Source of the DNA: an uncultured Actinomycetota bacterium
GTDB lineage: Bacteria > Actinomycetota > Actinomycetes > Streptomycetales > Streptomycetaceae
Assembly (NCBI GenBank): GCA_963799685.1
Contig: CAWCXW010000002.1
Location: 46,958-110,957, forward strand
Length of the DNA: 64,000 bases
Direction of reading: 5' to 3'
This document shows, piece after piece, positions 19,122 to 29,521 of this stretch (the stretch's first letter is position 1; each line of letters starts with the position of its first letter). Under the pieces are notes generated by a model, which worked only from the letters and a program-made list of their open reading frames with translations, ran no database searches and was not told the DNA's origin. Made by a program: the position numbers and the translations under genes.

Positions 19122-20463
19122 CGCCGGCCTTCCTCTCCGTGCTCCGCACTCCCGCCGGGCGGTGCCACCAGGCGCACCCGGGCGGCCCGGTGCCCGGTGG
19201 CGTCCCTCACCTCGATACGCCAGCCGGACACCTCACAGGCGTCTGCGACCCGTGGGATGCGTCCCAGCTCGGTGGCCACCAGGCCGGCCAGCGTCTCGTA
19301 AGGTCCCTCGGGGGCCCGCAGACCGATCTGTTCGAGCTGGTCGGTGCGTGCCGCCCCGTCCGCGTCGAAGACCGCGCGGCCCTCGTGAGTCCTCTCCGGC
19401 CGGTGCCAGGTCGGGCAGCTCCTGGGGGTCGTGCTCGTCGCGCACCTCGCCGACGACCTCCTCGAGGATGTCCTCCAGGGTGACCACGCCTGCCGTACCC
19501 CCGTACTCGTCGATCACCACGGCGATGCTGCGCTCGCCGCCGGGCATCCGGTCCAGCAGCCGGTCCACCGTCAGCGACTCCGGCACAAGCAGTGGCTCGC
19601 GCATCAGCTCGGTGACCGGCAGGTGCGGTCGCCGGTCCGCGGAAACCGGCAGCACGTCCTTGATCCGGACGATGCCGACCACCGAGTCCAGGTTGCCCCG
19701 GTAGACGGGGAAGCGGGACAGGCCGGTCCCGCGGGTGGCGTTGGCGACGTCCTCCGCGGTGGCGCGCGCGTCCAGTGCCATCACCTGCACGCGCGGCGTC
19801 ATGACGTTCTCGGCCGTCAGCTCGAGCGAGCTGCAGAGTGCGCACGAACATCTCCGCCGTGTCCGGTTCCAGCGCGCCCTTCTTGGCCGAGTGCCGGGCC
19901 AGCGCCACCAGCTCCCGCGGCGAACGCGCCGAGGCCAGCTCCTCCGTCGGCTCCATGCCCAGCAGCCGCAGGACGCGGTTGGCCGTCTCGTTCAGATGCC
20001 GGATCAGCGGCCTGAAGGCGGCGGAGAAGGCGCGCTGGGGTGTGGCCACCCGGCGGGCGATGGCCAGCGGCCGGGCGATGGCCCAGTTCTTCGGCACCAG
20101 CTCGCCGATCACCATCATCACGACAGTGGACAGCACGGTCCCGATCACCAGGGCAGCCGTCGGCGCCGCCGCCGAGGAGATCCCCGCCGAGCGCAGCGGC
20201 CCGGACAGCAGCCGCGCGACGGACGGCTCGGAAAGCATGCCTACCACCAGGTTGGTGACGGTGATGCCGAGCTGGGCACCGGAGAGCTGAAACGTCAGCG
20301 ACGAGACGGCCTTCAGCGCGCTGTCCGCACCGCGATCACCACCCTCGGCCGACCGTTCGAGCTCATTTCGCTCGACGGTCGTCAGCGAGAATTCCGCCGC
20401 GACGAAGGCGCCGCACGCCACGGCCAGCACGAGGGCGACGACCAGCAGCAGCACTTCGGTCAT
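19118..20463 (-). CDS. Hemolysin/CNNM (DUF21-CBS-CorC) family protein, several frameshifts
   Basis: FVAAEFS, GAQLGIT, GELVPKN in one frame; MTPRV, SRFPVY, DEYGGTAGVVTLEDILEEVVGE in another; GTGA overlap with the next gene. Confidence 0.85.
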
Positions 20464-20666
20464 CGGGTCACCTCCGTCCCATGATCGGACAGCGGGCGGG
20501 GAGCCGCGCGGCAGGCGCTGCCGGGAGAGTCGTCCATTGGGTGGCGCTCACACCTTTCCACGATGTCCCGGACGGCAGTTATGGTAAAGGAAACGCAAAG
20601 AAGCGCCGGCGAAGGGGTCCGCGCTTCGGGCTCTTGCGAAACTGGTGCCGCGCCGCAGAAGGTCGT

Positions 20667-20942
20667 GTTGCCGGGACGGAGCTGAACGTCCGGATGGACG
20701 AGACGACCGCTGACACCGCCGGAGAGCGGGCCCGCATCGGGGGTCAGCGTGAACCGCTGCATCGATGAGCTCGTCCAGCGGGACACCGGCGAGGTGGGGC
20801 AGACCTTCGTCGACGCCGCCGCGGAACCTCACCGGAGCAGATCGGTGACCTGACCAGGCTGGTCAAGGACGGTACCGCCGAGACACAGACCGCCGGGGAG
20901 CTGCGTTGCCGGAGTCTCCGGTGCCTCCGCCTGCTCACGTAG
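20667..20942 (+). pseudogene. Decayed RHH antitoxin / Fic-Doc-like toxin module fused by an internal deletion
   Basis: Across frames: (V)AGTELNVRMDETTADTAGERARIG / VSVNRCIDELVQRDTGEVGQTFVDAAA (RHH antitoxin-like), then TSPEQIGDLTRLVKDGTAETQTAGELRCRSL from 20826. The latter resembles, from recall, the C-terminus of the toxin that normally follows this antitoxin in Streptomyces. Confidence 0.6.
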
Positions 20943-21606
20943 GCAGGCGGGCGGAGCCCAGCACGTGAAAGGAGGTGGGCAGCGGCGGCCCGCCCTCCGG
21001 CACCCGCATCCGGCGGCAGGCGACCAGCTCGAAACCCGTCTCCTCGATCAGCGACACCGGGTCGCGCCCGGTGTGGCACCCGCCGCACAGCAGCGGCCAC
21101 ACCGTGCGGTCCAGTGCCGACTGCACGTACCGCATGGCGCGCCCGCCGCCCCGGCCGTGCTCGTAGAACCGCAGCTCGCCACCCGGACGCAGTACCCGTG
21201 CCACCTCCGCCAGGGCCTTCGGTGCGTCCCGTACCGAGCACAGCACCAGCGACAGCACAGCCGCGTCGAACGACGCGTCGGGCAGCGGAAGGGCTTCAGC
21301 CCGCCCCGGCAGCACGTCGATACGGGCCGGCGCCGCCAGTGCGGCCTCAACGGCGAACTGCCGAAGCCGCCGCTCCGGTTCGAGGGCCACCACCTCGGTG
21401 ACCTCCTGCGGATATCGGGTGAAGTTCAGCCCGTTGCCCGCCCCGACCTCGACGACCCGTCCGGTCAGCCCGGCCAGTAGCTCGCGACGGTGTTCACCGA
21501 CGCCCGCGCGGGCGTCGACACGTGGGCTGAAGCGGGCGTAGGCACGAGCGAACAGCGGATGGTGAACGCCGTCCTGCGGCGACGGGGAGGTGCGGGGAAC
21601 AGGCAT
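20935..21606 (-). CDS. Class I SAM-dependent methyltransferase
   Basis: VVEVGAGNGLN, AEALP, LVLCSV, RVLRPGG. Confidence 0.9.
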   Translation of the reverse strand: MPVPRTSPSPQDGVHHPLFARAYARFSPRVDARAGVGEHRRELLAGLTGRVVEVGAGNGLNFTRYPQEVTEVVALEPERRLRQFAVEAALAAPARIDVLPGRAEALPLPDASFDAAVLSLVLCSVRDAPKALAEVARVLRPGGELRFYEHGRGGGRAMRYVQSALDRTVWPLLCGGCHTGRDPVSLIEETGFELVACRRMRVPEGGPPLPTSFHVLGSARLPT

Positions 21607-21635
21607 GCCGGGTTCCTTCCCGGCCTCCCGAGGGG

Positions 21636-22346
21636 CTACGCGTCGGGCACGGCGCCGCGCCAGCGGCCGCCGAACCCCGGAGCCAGCCAGCCGGGTGCGG
21701 CCGCCCGGAATTCCTCGGGCGCCAGGGAACCCGACCCCGCGGGCACCCTCCCCACCAGTGCGACGCCTGTGGCGGCGGGCATGTCCCCCAGGTTGCAGCG
21801 GGCCGCCAGATCCGGCTCGGCGGGCCAGCTGCCGATGACGACGCCCGCGCACGTCAGTTTGCGTGCCCCGAGCGCCTCCACCGTCAGCGCCGTCGCGTTG
21901 AGCGTGCCCAGACCGGCCTGGGCGACGATGACCACGGGCGCCTCCAGCCCGGCCGCGACGTCGGCGAGGGTTCCGCCCTCCTCGTCGAACCGCACCAGCA
22001 GGCCGCCCGCACCCTCGACCAGCACCAGGTCGTGGTCTTCGGCCAGATCCCGGGCCGCCTCGGCGGCCCGGTGCGGCCGAACCGGCGCCATGCCGGCCCG
22101 GCGGGCTGCGGTACCGGGGGCCAGCGGCTCCGGATAGCGGGCCAGTTCCGCGCCGGTGACCCGTTCGCCGGCCAGCCGCACCACCTCGGCCACGTCGCCC
22201 GGCTCGCCCGGTGCGACTCCGGTCTGCGCCGGCTTGAGCACCGCGACCGTCCGGCCCGAACCGACCGCCGTGGCCGCGATCGCCGCGGTCACCACGGTCT
22301 TGCCCACTTCGGTGCCCGTCCCGGTCACCACCTGGATCTCGCCCAT
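21636..22346 (-). CDS. bioD: Dethiobiotin synthase
   Basis: [29 protein letters not shown]. Confidence 0.95.
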   Translation of the reverse strand: MGEIQVVTGTGTEVGKTVVTAAIAATAVGSGRTVAVLKPAQTGVAPGEPGDVAEVVRLAGERVTGAELARYPEPLAPGTAARRAGMAPVRPHRAAEAARDLAEDHDLVLVEGAGGLLVRFDEEGGTLADVAAGLEAPVVIVAQAGLGTLNATALTVEALGARKLTCAGVVIGSWPAEPDLAARCNLGDMPAATGVALVGRVPAGSGSLAPEEFRAAAPGWLAPGFGGRWRGAVPDA

Positions 22347-22351
22347 GTTTC

Positions 22352-23665
22352 TCAGCCCTCCCGAGCCGCCGAGCACACCGCGGCGCACACCCGTGCCACG
22401 TCCTTGTCACCGGTGACGTACGGCGGCATCGTGTACACCATGTCGCGGAACGGGCGCAGCCACACGCCCTCCCGCACGGCAGCCCTGGTCGCCGCGGCCA
22501 TGTCGATCTCGTGGTCCAGCTGCACGACGCCGATCGCGCCGAGCACCCGTACCTCCCGTACACCGGGCAGCGCCCTCGCAGGCTCGAGCCCGCCGCGCAG
22601 CCCGGCCTCGATGCGCCGCACCTCGCAAGCCCAGTCCTGCCCCAGGAGCAGGTCCACCGACGCGTTCGCCACGGCCGCCGCGAGTGGGTTGCCCATGAAG
22701 GTGGGGCCGTGCGCGAGCACCGGGACCTCGCCGCGGGAGATGCCGTCGGCCACCCGCGAGGTGCACAGTGTCGCGGCCAGCGTCAGATAGCCGCCGGTCA
22801 GTGCCTTGCCCACGCACATCACGTCGGGGCTGACTCCGGCGTGCTCCGCCGCGAACAGCCTGCCCGTCCGTCCGAAACCGGTGGCGATCTCGTCGAAGAC
22901 CAGCAGCACGTCGTGTTCGTCACACGCCTCCCGCAGTACCCGCAGATACCCGGGGGAGTGGAACCGCATGCCGCCGGCGCCCTGTACCACCGGCTCGACG
23001 ATCACGGCCGCCAGCTCCTCGGCGTGCCGTGCCACGGTCTCCCGCAGCAGCGTGGCGTAGCCGGGGTCCACCTCCGCGTCGAAGCCGGCGGGCGGCGCGT
23101 CGACGAACACCTGACGGGGCAGCACCCCGGACCACAGGTGGTGCATCCCGCCGTCCGGGTCGCACACCGACATCGGCTGCCAGGTGTCCCCGTGGTAGCC
23201 GCCGCGCCAGGTCATCAGCCGCTGCTTGGCCGGCCTGCCGATCGAACGCCAGTACTGCAGACACATCTTGACGGCGACCTCGACCGAGACCGACCCGGAG
23301 TCGGCCAGGAAGACGTGCTCCAGCCCGTCCGGCATGATCTCCACCAGCCGGCGGGAGAGCCGGACGGCGGGCTCGTGCGTGAGCCCGCCGAACATCACGT
23401 GGCTCATCCGGCCGAGCTGCGCGGTCGCCGCCTCGTTGAGCACCGGGTGGTTGTAGCCGTGCACGGCCGACCACCACGACGACATGCCGTCGACCAGTTC
23501 ACGGTGCCCGCCGGCCGGCTCGGCCAGCCGCAGCCGCACGCCGCTCGCCGACTCCACGGCCAGCGGCGCCTCCCGGCCCGGCATCGGCCCGTAGGGATGC
23601 CATACGTGCCGCCGGTCCAGCTCCAGCAGTTCGGCGGTCGTCGCCGGAGGCCGCGCCTCAGGCAT
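22352..23665 (-). CDS. bioA: DAPA aminotransferase
   Basis: [38 protein letters not shown]. Confidence 0.96.
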   Translation of the reverse strand: MPEARPPATTAELLELDRRHVWHPYGPMPGREAPLAVESASGVRLRLAEPAGGHRELVDGMSSWWSAVHGYNHPVLNEAATAQLGRMSHVMFGGLTHEPAVRLSRRLVEIMPDGLEHVFLADSGSVSVEVAVKMCLQYWRSIGRPAKQRLMTWRGGYHGDTWQPMSVCDPDGGMHHLWSGVLPRQVFVDAPPAGFDAEVDPGYATLLRETVARHAEELAAVIVEPVVQGAGGMRFHSPGYLRVLREACDEHDVLLVFDEIATGFGRTGRLFAAEHAGVSPDVMCVGKALTGGYLTLAATLCTSRVADGISRGEVPVLAHGPTFMGNPLAAAVANASVDLLLGQDWACEVRRIEAGLRGGLEPARALPGVREVRVLGAIGVVQLDHEIDMAAATRAAVREGVWLRPFRDMVYTMPPYVTGDKDVARVCAAVCSAAREG

Positions 23666-24722
23666 TGGGCGGCAGCTCCGTCCCGGCGCCGCGGCGGCGC
23701 ACCGCCACCAGGTCTTCCACACGGTGTTCGGGCAGGGTGGTCTCCTCGGCGCCCTCCACGACGAAGCCGGCGTCCGCGATCATCTCCAGGTCCGCCTTGC
23801 CGGCCTGGCCCTCGCTGGTCAGGTAGTCGCCCAGGAAAATGGAGTTGACCAGGTGCAGCGCCAGTGGCTGCAGGGACCGCAGCTGGACCTCACGCCCGCC
23901 GGCCAGCCGCACCTCCGCATCGGGGCACACGAACCGGACCATCGCCAGGATGCGCAGGCACCGCTGCGGAGTGAGGTTCCACTCCTCGCCCAGCGGGGTG
24001 CCCTCGAACGGGATGAGGAAGTTCACCGGTACCGAGTCCGGGTCCAGCTCGCGCAGCGCGAAGACCACGTCGACCAGGTCCTCGTCCGCCTCGCCCATCC
24101 CCGCGATCAGCCCGGAACACGGGGACAGACCGGAATCCTTGGCCTGGCGGACCGTCTCCACCCGGTCGGAGAAGTCGTGGGTGGTGCAGATGTCGCCGTA
24201 GGTGGCCTCGGAGGTGTTGAGGTTGTGGTTGTAGGCGTCGGCTCCGGCCTCCTTCAGCCGTGCGGCCTGCCCCTCGGACAGCAGACCGAGGCAGGCACAG
24301 ATCTCCACCCCGCCGTGCTCCTCCTTGATGGCGGAGATGGTGTCGGAGACCCGTTCCACGTCCCGGTCCGTCGGGCCGCGTCCGCTGGCGACCAGGCACA
24401 CCCGCTTGGCGCCCCCCGCCAGGCCGGCCTCCGCGGCGGTGGCGGCCTCGTCCGGCTTGAGCCAGGTGTACTTGAGGATCTCCGCCTTGGAGCCCAGGCG
24501 CTGCGAGCAGTAGGAGCAGTCCTCCGGGCACAGCCCGGACTTGAGGTTGACCAGGTAGTTCAGCTTGACCCGGCGCCCGTACCAGTGCCGTCGCACCCGC
24601 CCGGCCGCGGCCACCACATCGAGCAGTTCGTCGTCAGAGGTCGTGAGGACGGCAAGCGCCTCCTCGCGCGTCGGCAGTTCGCGCCGCAGCCCCTTGTCCA
24701 CCAGCGTGTTCAGCAGATCCAT
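23658..24722 (-). CDS. bioB: Biotin synthase
   Basis: [39 protein letters not shown]. Confidence 0.97.
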   Translation of the reverse strand: MDLLNTLVDKGLRRELPTREEALAVLTTSDDELLDVVAAAGRVRRHWYGRRVKLNYLVNLKSGLCPEDCSYCSQRLGSKAEILKYTWLKPDEAATAAEAGLAGGAKRVCLVASGRGPTDRDVERVSDTISAIKEEHGGVEICACLGLLSEGQAARLKEAGADAYNHNLNTSEATYGDICTTHDFSDRVETVRQAKDSGLSPCSGLIAGMGEADEDLVDVVFALRELDPDSVPVNFLIPFEGTPLGEEWNLTPQRCLRILAMVRFVCPDAEVRLAGGREVQLRSLQPLALHLVNSIFLGDYLTSEGQAGKADLEMIADAGFVVEGAEETTLPEHRVEDLVAVRRRGAGTELPPNA

Positions 24723-24785
24723 GGCGCAGATCCTTGCCTACCGGGCCCGCTCCGGCCAAGGACGGATCCCACAAGATCGCGCGAA

Positions 24786-24811
24786 ACCGGTGTGGGTATC
24801 GCCACACCGGT
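24786..24811. promoter_or_regulatory. Perfect 10-bp inverted repeat between divergent bioB and bioF, candidate operator
   Basis: ACCGGTGTGG-GTATCG-CCACACCGGT. Confidence 0.5.
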
Positions 24812-24892
24812 CACGCCGCCCGAGGCGGCTAGCGTGCTTCTCGAGCGCGGCACGGGCAACCGGCCCGTCCCCCGGCGGCTGCGAGGAGCCCG

Positions 24893-26377
24893 ATGCCTGA
24901 GGACCGTCACGACCCGTTCGGCTGGCTGGAGCCGGTGCGCGCGTCGCGCCGGCAGGCCGGCCTGGTGCGCACGCTGCGGCCGCGTCCGGCCCGGGACTCG
25001 CTGCTGGACCTGTCCGGCAACGATTACCTGGGGCTGGCCCGCGACCCGCGGGTCATCGAGGCCGGTGCCTCGGCCGCCCGCCGGTGGGGCGCCGGAGCCA
25101 CCGGATCCCGTCTGGTCAGCGGCACCACCGTCCTGCACGCCGAACTGGAGGAGGAACTGGCCCGGTTCTGCGGCTTCGAGGCCGCCCTGGTCTTCTCCTC
25201 CGGCTACGCGGCCAACCTCGCGGCCGTGACCGCGCTCGCGCCGCACGGTTCGCTGCTGGTCTCCGACGCCGGCAACCACGCTTCCCTCATCGACGGCTGC
25301 CGGCTCGCCCGCGGGACCACCGCGGTGGTCCCGCACGCCGACCCCGACGCCGTCGGCAAGGCGCTGGCCGGTCACCGGGGTCCCGCCCTCGTCGTCAGCG
25401 ACTCGGTGTTCTCCGTTGACGGGGACGCGGCCCCGATGGGCGGCCTGGCCGCCGCCTGCCGCGCCCACGGCGCGGGTCTGCTGCTGGACGACGCGCACGG
25501 GCTGGGCGTCCTGGGTGCACAGGGTCGAGGGGCGCCGCACGCCCACGGGCTCGCCGGCGCACCCGACATGGTGGCCACCGTCACCCTGTCCAAGTCCCTG
25601 GGCAGTCAGGGGGGCGCGGTGCTGGGCCCGGAAGCCGTCATCGAGCACCTGGTGAACGCCGCACGCACCTTCATCTTCGACACCGGCCTTGCGCCCTCGG
25701 CCGTCGGGGCGGCCCTGGCTGCCCTCCGGCTGCTGCCCGGGGCGGAGGACCGCCCCGGGCGGGTGCGGGCCGCCGCGCGCCGTCTCCACCAGGACCTGTG
25801 CGCGGCCGGTCTGGACGCGACCCGGCCGGACGCCGCGGTCGTCTCCGTGCGCGCGCCCTCCCCCGAAGACGCGCTGGCCTGGGCCGGCGCCTGCCGCGAA
25901 CGCGGCGTGGCGGTGGGCTGCTTCCGGCCGCCGTCCGTGCCCGACGGCGTATCCCGGCTCCGGCTGACCGCCCGCGCCGACCTGGACGCCGCCGATCTCG
26001 ACCGGGCGCTGCAGCAGGTCGTCGCGGCCGCGCCCGCAACCGCCTTCAGCGCTCCGGCGGCCGCTCGTCGAGGGCGAGACCGCGGCTCCAGGCCGCGCCG
26101 CAGTGTCAGCGGAAGCAGCGCCCACGTCCCGGCGCACACCGCGAGCGTGACGGCCGCGACCACCACGCCCACCAGCCGTCCGAGTACCACGTCCACGACC
26201 AGCAGCACCGCGCCCGTAAGCGCCAGCGCGAGGATGCCCATCCCGAACGCGGCCATCCGGGCCGAGACCTGCACGATGAGCCGCTTGACGCCGCGCCGGA
26301 AGAGCGCGCGGTGCAGCGCCGCCGGCGTCGTGAACACCACAGCCGCGAGGACCGACAGCAGCAGCGTGGCGATGTAG
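24893..26377 (+). CDS. bioF: 8-amino-7-oxononanoate synthase (true stop probably ~26150)
   Basis: NDYLGL, GATGSRLVSG, NHASLIDG, DDAHGLG, TLSKSLG, RPPSVP, RLRLT. Confidence 0.93.
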   Translation: MPEDRHDPFGWLEPVRASRRQAGLVRTLRPRPARDSLLDLSGNDYLGLARDPRVIEAGASAARRWGAGATGSRLVSGTTVLHAELEEELARFCGFEAALVFSSGYAANLAAVTALAPHGSLLVSDAGNHASLIDGCRLARGTTAVVPHADPDAVGKALAGHRGPALVVSDSVFSVDGDAAPMGGLAAACRAHGAGLLLDDAHGLGVLGAQGRGAPHAHGLAGAPDMVATVTLSKSLGSQGGAVLGPEAVIEHLVNAARTFIFDTGLAPSAVGAALAALRLLPGAEDRPGRVRAAARRLHQDLCAAGLDATRPDAAVVSVRAPSPEDALAWAGACRERGVAVGCFRPPSVPDGVSRLRLTARADLDAADLDRALQQVVAAAPATAFSAPAAARRGRDRGSRPRRSVSGSSAHVPAHTASVTAATTTPTSRPSTTSTTSSTAPVSASARMPIPNAAIRAETCTMSRLTPRRKSARCSAAGVVNTTAARTDSSSVAM

Positions 26378-26544
26378 GTGCCGCGCTGGAATCCGTCCAG
26401 TTCGTGGAAGCGCTGGGTGAACGCGAGAGTGAGCAGGAACGCGAAGAGGATCTGCACGCCGGTGAGGACGACCCGCAGCTCCTGCAGCAGCTCGATGAAG
26501 TTGCGGTCGTAGCGTTCCTCCGGGGTCTCGTTACGCAGGCTCAT
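26046..26544 (-). CDS. DUF6328-type membrane protein (stop inferred across a probable 1-base error)
   Basis: RNETPEERYDRNFIELLQELRVVLTGVQILFAFLLTLAF followed by hydrophobic helices. Confidence 0.75.
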
Positions 26545-26599
26545 ACCCGTAACGATTGCCCCGTCCGCCCGGCTCACTCCCCATGAGTCCACGGGCGGC

Positions 26600-26917
26600 T
26601 CAGCGGTGCGGCGTCCGGGGCAGCCCGAGCCGGGCCGCCCGCTGCTCTCCGTCCAGGACCCGCAGCGCGCGGGTGAGCGTCGCTGCGTGCAGTTCGCTCT
26701 CACCCCGCTCGTGCATGGCCGTGAGTGCATCTCGCAGCTGAGTCGACCGGGTCACCAGGGCCTGAGCGGCGCGCAGCGCGCTGTAGGTGTCCCGGCCGCG
26801 CGCCGGGTTGACGCGCCCGAGCAGGTCGAGCGCGGCGAGGTAGCGGTCGAGCAGTGCACCCTCCGCACGGGTGAGCGAGGGAAGCGGCGGCAGGCCTTCG
26901 GGCGGCACCGCGCTCAC
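26600..26917 (-). CDS. Hypothetical protein coupled to clpP
   Basis: 105 aa ORF with GTGA overlap with the clpP stop; good GC3 bias. Confidence 0.7.
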   Translation of the reverse strand: MSAVPPEGLPPLPSLTRAEGALLDRYLAALDLLGRVNPARGRDTYSALRAAQALVTRSTQLRDALTAMHERGESELHAATLTRALRVLDGEQRAARLGLPRTPHR

Positions 26918-27543
26918 CGGCCGGCCGGCTTGCGGCGCGAGACGGTAAGCCGGTCGACCAGGCCGTAGGCCACCGCAGCCTCGGCGTCCAGGATGCAGTC
27001 ACGCTCGAGGTCGACGCGGATCCGCTCGATCGGCTGGCGGGTGTGGCGCACGTACATCTCCTCCATCAGCTCCCGGGTGCGCAGCATCTCCCTCGCCTGG
27101 ATCCACAGGTCGTCGGCCTGCCCCTGCACCGGTTCGGCGAAGGCCGGCTGGTGGAGGAGGATCCGGGCCCCGGGGAGGGCCAGCCGCTTGCCGGGAGTGC
27201 CGGCGGCCAGTAGCAGCGACGCGGCGGAGGCGGCCTGTCCCAGGCAGATCGTCTCGACGTCGCAGGAGACGAACCGCATCGCGTCGTAGACGGCGGTCAT
27301 GGCGGTGAAGGACCCGCCGGGGGAGTTGATGTAGAGCGACAGGTCCTGTTCGGGTGCGGCGTGCTCGAGGTGCATCAGCTGGGCGATGACGTCGTTCGCG
27401 GCGGTGTCGTCGATCGGCGTGCCCAGGAAGATGATCCGCTCCTGCAGCAGCTTCGCGTACGGGTCCAGCGTCCTGGTCCCGGCGCTGGTGCGCTCGGTGA
27501 ACTCCGGCAGTACGTATCGGGCGGTCGGCCGGTGGATCTGCAT
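26914..27543 (-). CDS. clpP: ATP-dependent Clp protease proteolytic subunit (accessory paralogue)
   Basis: [24 protein letters not shown] (catalytic Ser), ILLHQP (His), AYGLVD. Confidence 0.93.
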   Translation of the reverse strand: MQIHRPTARYVLPEFTERTSAGTRTLDPYAKLLQERIIFLGTPIDDTAANDVIAQLMHLEHAAPEQDLSLYINSPGGSFTAMTAVYDAMRFVSCDVETICLGQAASAASLLLAAGTPGKRLALPGARILLHQPAFAEPVQGQADDLWIQAREMLRTRELMEEMYVRHTRQPIERIRVDLERDCILDAEAAVAYGLVDRLTVSRRKPAGR

Positions 27544-27581
27544 GGTCTCGCCTCTCTGCGCAGCGGCGCGTTCCGTCAAAA

Positions 27582-27598
27582 ATGTACAGGACGTACAT
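27582..27598. promoter_or_regulatory. Palindrome with TGTAC/GTACA half-sites, candidate YefM-type operator
   Basis: ATGTAC-AGGAC-GTACAT in the 73-bp spacer between divergent clpP and antitoxin genes. Confidence 0.55.
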
Positions 27599-27616
27599 GA
27601 CGTTATGCTGGGGAGC

Positions 27617-27913
27617 ATGGCCTACGAGATCCCGGTGACGCAAGCGCGCGCAGAGCTGGCCGAGCTGATCAACCGCGTCGTCTACGGTGGCGAGCAGGTG
27701 GTGCTGACGCGGCACGGCAGGCCGCTGGTGGCCCTGGTCTCGGCCGCTGACCTGCAGCGGCTCGAGGAGATCCGGGCGGCGGAGCGGGAAGGTGTGATCA
27801 GCACCGTTTCCACGGTGGGCGGCACGTCGTCCGCTGCGGGCGAACGCCGTCGCTTCGGCATCGCCGCAGAACACCGCGGTCCTCAGGAGGGCCGACGGCA
27901 CGGAGAGAACTAG
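27617..27913 (+). CDS. Phd/YefM family antitoxin, orphan
   Basis: [42 protein letters not shown]; no toxin ORF downstream. Confidence 0.88.
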   Translation: MAYEIPVTQARAELAELINRVVYGGEQVVLTRHGRPLVALVSAADLQRLEEIRAAEREGVISTVSTVGGTSSAAGERRRFGIAAEHRGPQEGRRHGEN

Positions 27914-28221
27914 GTCCTGTGTGGAGTTTCGCGTCGTTCGTCCGGAGGGCGGGCGGCGCGGCCCCTGGCGCGGTCGTCTTGCCCTGCCTTCGGCGGGCGG
28001 TGTTCCCCTCGGCGCTTGCGGGCCGGGGGAGGGGAGGCCCCGGCCCTGCGTCGTCGTATTTCGCGCGAGCACGGACGAGTGCGAACTGCGATTCCCCGCC
28101 CTGCAGTGCGTCCGGCATCCGAAGGGACGAAGGCGGCGTCGCGCTCAGACGCCGCGCCCGTCCCGGGGGGATTTGCGCGGCGAGGCACCAGCGGCTTCGG
28201 GGCAGCCGCTGGCCTGGGATG

Positions 28222-28380
28222 TCAGCCGCGCTGCGTCGCGAACACCCCGGCCGTGACCAGCGCGAGTACCACCCAGGCGAACCACAGCCAGCCGCTGCCG
28301 CCCAGCGCCACCGTGTACGCGGTCACCAGCACCAGGGCGACCACCGTGCACACCGTCATCGCCTTCGTCGATCCCGGCAT
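28222..28380 (-). CDS. Small two-helix membrane protein, 52 aa
   Basis: Not in ORF track. MPGSTKAMTVCTVVALVLVTAYTVALGGSGWLWFAWVVLALVTAGVFATQRG with GAGGAGG RBS. Confidence 0.7.
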   Translation of the reverse strand: MPGSTKAMTVCTVVALVLVTAYTVALGGSGWLWFAWVVLALVTAGVFATQRG

Positions 28381-28477
28381 CCGACACACCTCCTCAGGAG
28401 GACCACGGCACGAGGTCCCGGTCAGGCGCCCGGTCGCGCGGCGCGGTCACCATCCTGACCTGCGCGCGCGGCGAACG

Positions 28478-29431
28478 CTACCGTCCGCGGGCCTGCAGCG
28501 AGGCCAGGTATGCGTTGTAGGCCTCCAGTTCGCGGTCGCCGTCCCGGTCGGCCGCGCGGTCACTGCGACGCGCCTGCCGCTGCTCGGAGAGGTACCACTG
28601 GAAGACCAGGGCGATCAGCACCAGCACCGAGGGGACTTCGCTGAAGGCCCAGGCGATGCCGCCCGCCGTGTTCTGGTCGCCCAGCGCCGTCACGCCCAGC
28701 GACGCCGGCGGGTGCGCGAAGGTGCCGACCAGCGCAGTGGTGGCCATCATCAGCGCGATACCGAAGAACGCGTGGAAGGGCATGCCGACGAACAGTTCCA
28801 GCATCCGCATGACGTAGCCCGGGCGGTGCGGTCCCGGGTCGACGCCCATGATCGGCCAGAAGAAGACCAGCCCGACGGCCAGGAAGTGCACCATCATCGG
28901 CGAGGTGCCCGGCCATCGACTCCATCAGGAGGTCGAACAGCGGCGTGAAGTACAGCCCGTACAGGCTGGCGATGAACAGCGGGATGGTGAACAGCGGATG
29001 CGAGATCATCCGCGTGTACCGGCTGTGCAGCAGCGCCACCAGCAGCTCCCGCGGCCCCCTGCGGCCGCGACCGGCCGACGGCAGGGCCCGCAGCGCCAGC
29101 GTCACCGGCGCGCCCAGGAGCAGCAGGATCGGCGAAAGCATGCTGATCACCATGTGCTGGACCATGTGCACGCTGAAGAGCACCATGCCGTAGTCGTTGA
29201 GCCCCGTGCACATCGTCAGCGCGACGGTGAGCACGCCCAGGACGAAGCCGATCGACCCGCCCGACCGGCCAGCGGTCGCCTCGGCGCAGCAGCCGGGCCA
29301 CCCCCCAGCCGTACAGGGCCAGCGCCAGCACGCATCCCACCAGGAAGAACGGGTCGCCGCCGAAGGCGAGCCCGCGGCCCGAGCGTGAACGGCGGCAGAT
29401 CCATCATCATGCCGTGTCCGCCGTGATCCAT
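28478..29431 (-). CDS. ctaG: Cytochrome c oxidase assembly protein (caa3-type CtaG), frameshifted
   Basis: MDHGGHGMMMDLPPFT, FSVHMVQHMVISM, HFLAVGLVFFWP, PFHAFFG, DQNTAGGIAW spread over several frames. Confidence 0.85.
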
Positions 29432-29476
29432 CCGCAACTCTCCCGGTTCGCGCCGATCCGCCCGGACCAGAGTAGA

Positions 29477-29511
29477 ACCGGCCCCGGCGGGCCGTTGCCA
29501 CCGGGGCCGGT
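29477..29511. terminator. GC-rich hairpin downstream of gatD
   Basis: ACCGGCCCCGG...CCGGGGCCGGT. Confidence 0.5.
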
Positions 29512-29521
29512 CAGTCACGGC

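Noticed and set aside
9612-22563. Apparent long N-terminal extensions of Lrp (515 aa), DUF1990 (331 aa), mug (640 aa) and the methyltransferase (542 aa)
   Set aside because: The extensions overlap neighbouring real genes in other frames or strands and carry no domain signal.
25606-26377. Apparent 770-bp overlap of convergent bioF and DUF6328 ORFs, both lacking nearby stops
   Set aside because: Removing one base between ~26049 and 26090 puts TGA 26148-26150 in frame for bioF and minus-strand TGA 26046-26048 in frame for DUF6328, so one insertion error explains both.
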